Shown piece after piece: positions 61,110 through 64,000 of a stretch of 64,000 bases of DNA. A model generated the notes under the pieces. It did no database searches. It saw only the letters and a program-made list of their open reading frames with translations, and had not been told where the DNA came from. How positions within the stretch are numbered: position 1 is the stretch's first letter; the number at the start of each line of letters is the position of its first letter. A program made the translations under genes and the position numbers. The DNA comes from Nitrosopumilus sp. GTDB lineage: Archaea > Thermoproteota > Nitrososphaeria > Nitrososphaerales > Nitrosopumilaceae. Location of the stretch: the NCBI GenBank assembly GCA_963667665.2, contig OY763927.2:1410303-1474302 (forward strand). The letters run 5' to 3'.

Positions 61110-61866
61110 AGTTTTTTTTGTTGGATGCGGTCCTGGTGATCCTGAATTAATTACAATCAAAGCTAAAAAATTAATTCAGAAAGCTGATGTTATAGTTTAT
61201 TCTGGTTCTTTAATTCCAGAACAAATTCTAAAATTTTGTAAAAAAGGAAAATTATATGATGCATCAAAGTTGGTTAGAGAAGAAATTTTCGATCTACTTT
61301 ACAAAAATGCAAAAAAAAACAAAGCGGTTGTAAGATTACATGATGGTGATCCATCAATTTATGGAGCAATCAAAGAACAAATTGATAATTTAGAAAAAAA
61401 AGGAATTGAATCTACTGTTGTTCCAGGGGTTACTGCATTTTTAGCCTCAGCTGCAGCACTAGGAACTCAACTAACACTTCCAGGAGTTACTCAAACAATT
61501 ATTGTAACAAGAGCAGAATCAAGAACTAAAGTTCCAAAACGAGAAAAAATTTCAGAGCTTGCAAAACATAAAGCAACTTTAATTTTTTATCTTAGTGTAC
61601 ATCTTGTTTCTAATTTAGTGAAAGAAGCAATTGCAGGTGGTTACAAAAAAACTACACCAGTAGCTGTAGTGTATAGAGCAAGTTGGAATGATCAAAAAAT
61701 AATCAAAGGAACACTTGAGAATATTGCAAAGAAAGTTAAAGATGATAAGATTACAAGGACCGCAATTGTAATTATTAGTGATGTAATAGATCCTAAAACA
61801 TATGAATATTCAAAACTATATGATAAAAAATTTAGTCATGGTTATAGAAAAGCCAAAGTCAAATAG
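61102..61866 (+). CDS. cbiF: precorrin-4 C11-methyltransferase
   Basis: GPGDPELIT, YSGSL, RLHDGDPSIYGAIKEQ, VPGVTAF, TPVAVVYRASW. Confidence 0.95.
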   Translation: MSKVFFVGCGPGDPELITIKAKKLIQKADVIVYSGSLIPEQILKFCKKGKLYDASKLVREEIFDLLYKNAKKNKAVVRLHDGDPSIYGAIKEQIDNLEKKGIESTVVPGVTAFLASAAALGTQLTLPGVTQTIIVTRAESRTKVPKREKISELAKHKATLIFYLSVHLVSNLVKEAIAGGYKKTTPVAVVYRASWNDQKIIKGTLENIAKKVKDDKITRTAIVIISDVIDPKTYEYSKLYDKKFSHGYRKAKVK

Positions 61867-62647
61867 ATAAAAAAGAAACTCTATTTCTAATTTTTAATTT
61901 ATCAAGATTTTTTTTAAACTTGATTGGGTTACCTGATGTGAAAATTTTTAATGAATTCCTTTTTGATTGATTATTTTTAATTACTTTGAAAACTTTTTGT
62001 GCAACAATATTTCCTGGATCTATAAATTGCACATTAGGAAATTCCTTATCTAATAATGATTTCAAAAATGGAAGATGAGTACTAGAAAGAGTAATAGTAT
62101 CAATTGAATTTTTAGAAATTACATCATTTAGAATCTTTTTAATAATTTTTTTGCAATATTGTTTGTTTGCAGTAAATTTTCCAGATTCTACAAGATCAAT
62201 AAGCTCTGAACCATTAATTTTAAAAAATTTACAAGATTTTGAAAATTTTTTTCCTTTGATGTAGTTTGATAATCCTTTACTCTTAATTGCAGATTTTGTT
62301 CCAAGTATTCCAATTCTTTTTGATTTAGAAATTTTATGAGCTTCATTTAGAGGTGGTTTTACTCCAATGATTTGGTTAGTTAGTAGATTCAACATGAGAC
62401 TAGGAGTATTTGATGCCACAACTAAAACATCAGGAGAAAATTGTGCCTGGAGTGTTTTGATTGAGTTTTTAATTATTGAGCCTAGTTGTTTCTGAGATTT
62501 GTTACCGTAAGGAAAGTTTTGTTGATCTGCAAAATAGATAATCTCAGACTTCGATATTCTTTGAATAGCCTTGATTATTGAGAGTGAGCCTAAACCTGAA
62601 TCAAAAACTACAATTTTGGCCATAAATTTTAGGCATAAATCAATCAT
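61859..62647 (-). CDS. glutamate racemase (MurI)-like protein with both catalytic Cys replaced by Ser (likely start ATG 62623)
   Basis: FDSGLGSLS, FPYGNKS, VVASNTPS (canonical ACNTA), LSSTHLP (canonical LGCTHYP). Confidence 0.85.
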   Translation of the reverse strand: MIDLCLKFMAKIVVFDSGLGSLSIIKAIQRISKSEIIYFADQQNFPYGNKSQKQLGSIIKNSIKTLQAQFSPDVLVVASNTPSLMLNLLTNQIIGVKPPLNEAHKISKSKRIGILGTKSAIKSKGLSNYIKGKKFSKSCKFFKINGSELIDLVESGKFTANKQYCKKIIKKILNDVISKNSIDTITLSSTHLPFLKSLLDKEFPNVQFIDPGNIVAQKVFKVIKNNQSKRNSLKIFTSGNPIKFKKNLDKLKIRNRVSFLSI

Positions 62648-62728
62648 AATAGTTTGTTAGCTAAATTTAATCCAAAGTCGATCTAAATGCACACAGTCCA
62701 TTAAGACTAAATTTCTAAACGACCAATC

Positions 62729-63382
62729 ATGCCAAACTTCGATAAGACTTGGGCTCGACAAGAGACCCAAAGTGTAACTGGCAAACTCCGTGAAGCAGTA
62801 AAACCTCAAGGTGCATTAAAACCACGAATCCAGACTGCAGTAAACAAACTACAAGTTCAAATCTCAAAAATGGACTCTATGTTAACAAAACTGCATGAAA
62901 GAGATGCGCAACTCTTTCAGAGAGTCGTGACTGCAATGCAGCAACATGATACTAGCACAAGTAGAGTTTTGTCCAACGAATTAGCTGAAATTCGTAAAGT
63001 TACGAAGATGCTTGGCAACGCAAGAATGTCATTAGAACAAGTCCAACTAAGACTGACAACTATTCATGATCTTGGTGATGCTATGGTAGCAATTGGACCA
63101 GCAATGTCTACAATGAAGGGATTGAAGTCATCGCTAGGAAGATTCATGCCAGAAGCAGACGCAGAATTGAATGCAATGTCACAGACACTTAATGGACTTA
63201 TGATGGATTCACTTGCAGGAGACTCGTTTAGTATGGAGTCTGATGCTTCAAGTGAAGAAACAGAAAAGATTCTACAAGAAGCATCTGCAGTAGCTGAGCA
63301 ACAGATAGGAGAGAAATTCCCATCTGTACCATTCCAAACTGGACTTTCGTCTCAAACCTCTACTACTTCTACCTTTGAGTAG
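62729..63382 (+). CDS. ESCRT-III / Snf7 (CdvB paralog)
   Basis: Helical Snf7 core (ANELAEIRK-like SNELAEIRK, LEQVQLRLTTIHDLGD), acidic tail, no C-terminal winged helix. Confidence 0.88.
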   Translation: MPNFDKTWARQETQSVTGKLREAVKPQGALKPRIQTAVNKLQVQISKMDSMLTKLHERDAQLFQRVVTAMQQHDTSTSRVLSNELAEIRKVTKMLGNARMSLEQVQLRLTTIHDLGDAMVAIGPAMSTMKGLKSSLGRFMPEADAELNAMSQTLNGLMMDSLAGDSFSMESDASSEETEKILQEASAVAEQQIGEKFPSVPFQTGLSSQTSTTSTFE

Positions 63383-63450
63383 ATTGGAAAGGACGAACGT
63401 TCATTCTTTTTATTTTAATTTTTAAAATTATTCTATATTTGAACTAAGTA

Positions 63451-63999
63451 TTATGTAGATACAGAAATTTCTCCATTTAATTCACCTTTAAAATGTTTCA
63501 TGCCACCTTTTATTGTTACATCTCCAGAACCAGTTGCATCTTCATACTTATCGGTTCCACCAGTTATTACAAATGTACCAGTGTATATTGGGAATTTTCC
63601 ACATTTTTGTAAATCAAAATTAGCATTTACATTTCCATCACGGAATTTTATAGTACCAGAAGCTGAGATTTGTTTGCATTCATCAACGGTTTCTATAGAA
63701 AATACGCCAGATGTTTTTATTATATTATATTTATCATCGTCTATCATATATTTTCCAGTTGTCTTCTATGTTCCATTATTTTTCTGTTCACCAATGAAAC
63801 TTCCACTGAATGTTTCTGTTTCAGGTTCTGTTTCAGGTTCTGTTTCAGGTTCTGTTTCAGGTTCTGTTTCTTCATTATCTAAAATAGTTGATGGTACACA
63901 CAACGTTTTTGGCTTTTTAGCTTGTAATTCTTCAGGTCCAAATTGATTATTGGTAAATACATTTATTTTTTTGAATTTTGGTTCTCCTTTAATCTTCTT
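63451..63999 (-). pseudogene. 3' part of a putative secreted protein (runs off window end) interrupted by an in-frame TAG at 63766-63768
   Basis: Own translation KKIKGEPKFKKINVFTNNQFGPEELQAKKPKTLCVPSTILDNE(ETEP)4ETETFSGSFIGEQKNNGT*KTTGKYMIDDD... continues in frame into the 98-aa track ORF 63451-63747. Confidence 0.75.
63814..63870. repeat. perfect 12-nt tandem repeat (TTCTGTTTCAGG) x4 plus 9 nt, encoding an ETEP linker
   Basis: Units at 63814, 63826, 63838, 63850 and a partial at 63862. Confidence 0.95.
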
Positions 64000-64000
64000 T

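Noticed and set aside
63383-63425. Hairpin-type terminator after the CdvB paralog
   Set aside because: Only a short GAACGTTC palindrome followed by T-rich sequence, too weak to call beyond a generic archaeal T-tract.
47584-63768. Genome-wide amber recoding (pyrrolysine or stop reassignment) to explain the two in-frame TAGs
   Set aside because: Clear genes here end in TAG at their expected C-termini (cdc48 3526, gatD 4848, nop10 32700, CdvB paralog 63382). No pylT/pylS or CTA-anticodon tRNA is in the window, and the two TAG contexts share no downstream motif.
63500-63946. Plus-strand track ORFs 63500-63946 and 63670-63882 (SVSG and FCFR repeats)
   Set aside because: Antisense readings of the ETEP linker. 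The minus-strand frame has protein-like domains on both sides.

Overview
AT-rich, gene-dense archaeal chromosome segment. The gene content (GatDE, eIF2 alpha/gamma, Nop10, rpS6e, PriS/PriL, AglB, an ESCRT-III/CdvB paralog, anaerobic-route cobalamin genes, bacterial-type MetK, GrpE-DnaK-DnaJ) fits a marine ammonia-oxidising archaeon of the Nitrosopumilaceae. This is inferred from gene content, not from a database search. Most of the window is housekeeping. I added three intron-less tRNAs (Leu-CAG, Gln-TTG, Gly-CCC) and four short ORFs missing from the ORF track (Nop10 and three Cys-rich microproteins). Main points of interest: (1) a ~9.8 kb giant surface-protein gene (46984-56745, minus) with two LamG domains, three tandem C1q/TNF-like domains, three blocks of 18/20-aa 'SLTESLTFxD' repeats and a perfect (GGT)11 linker, interrupted by one in-frame TAG 200 codons before its end; (2) a second in-frame TAG splitting the last gene; (3) a 1-nt frameshift in endonuclease IV and a probable stop-loss in the PIN gene, so four reading-frame lesions in 64 kb (assembly error or real decay); (4) a MurI-like racemase with both catalytic Cys replaced by Ser; (5) a carbamoyltransferase plus nucleotide-sugar dehydrogenase pair directly behind tRNA-Gln, near a degenerate dehydrogenase paralog; (6) a perfect 24-nt VNTR in the dnaK tail. 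No integrase, transposase, CRISPR array or rRNA was found.
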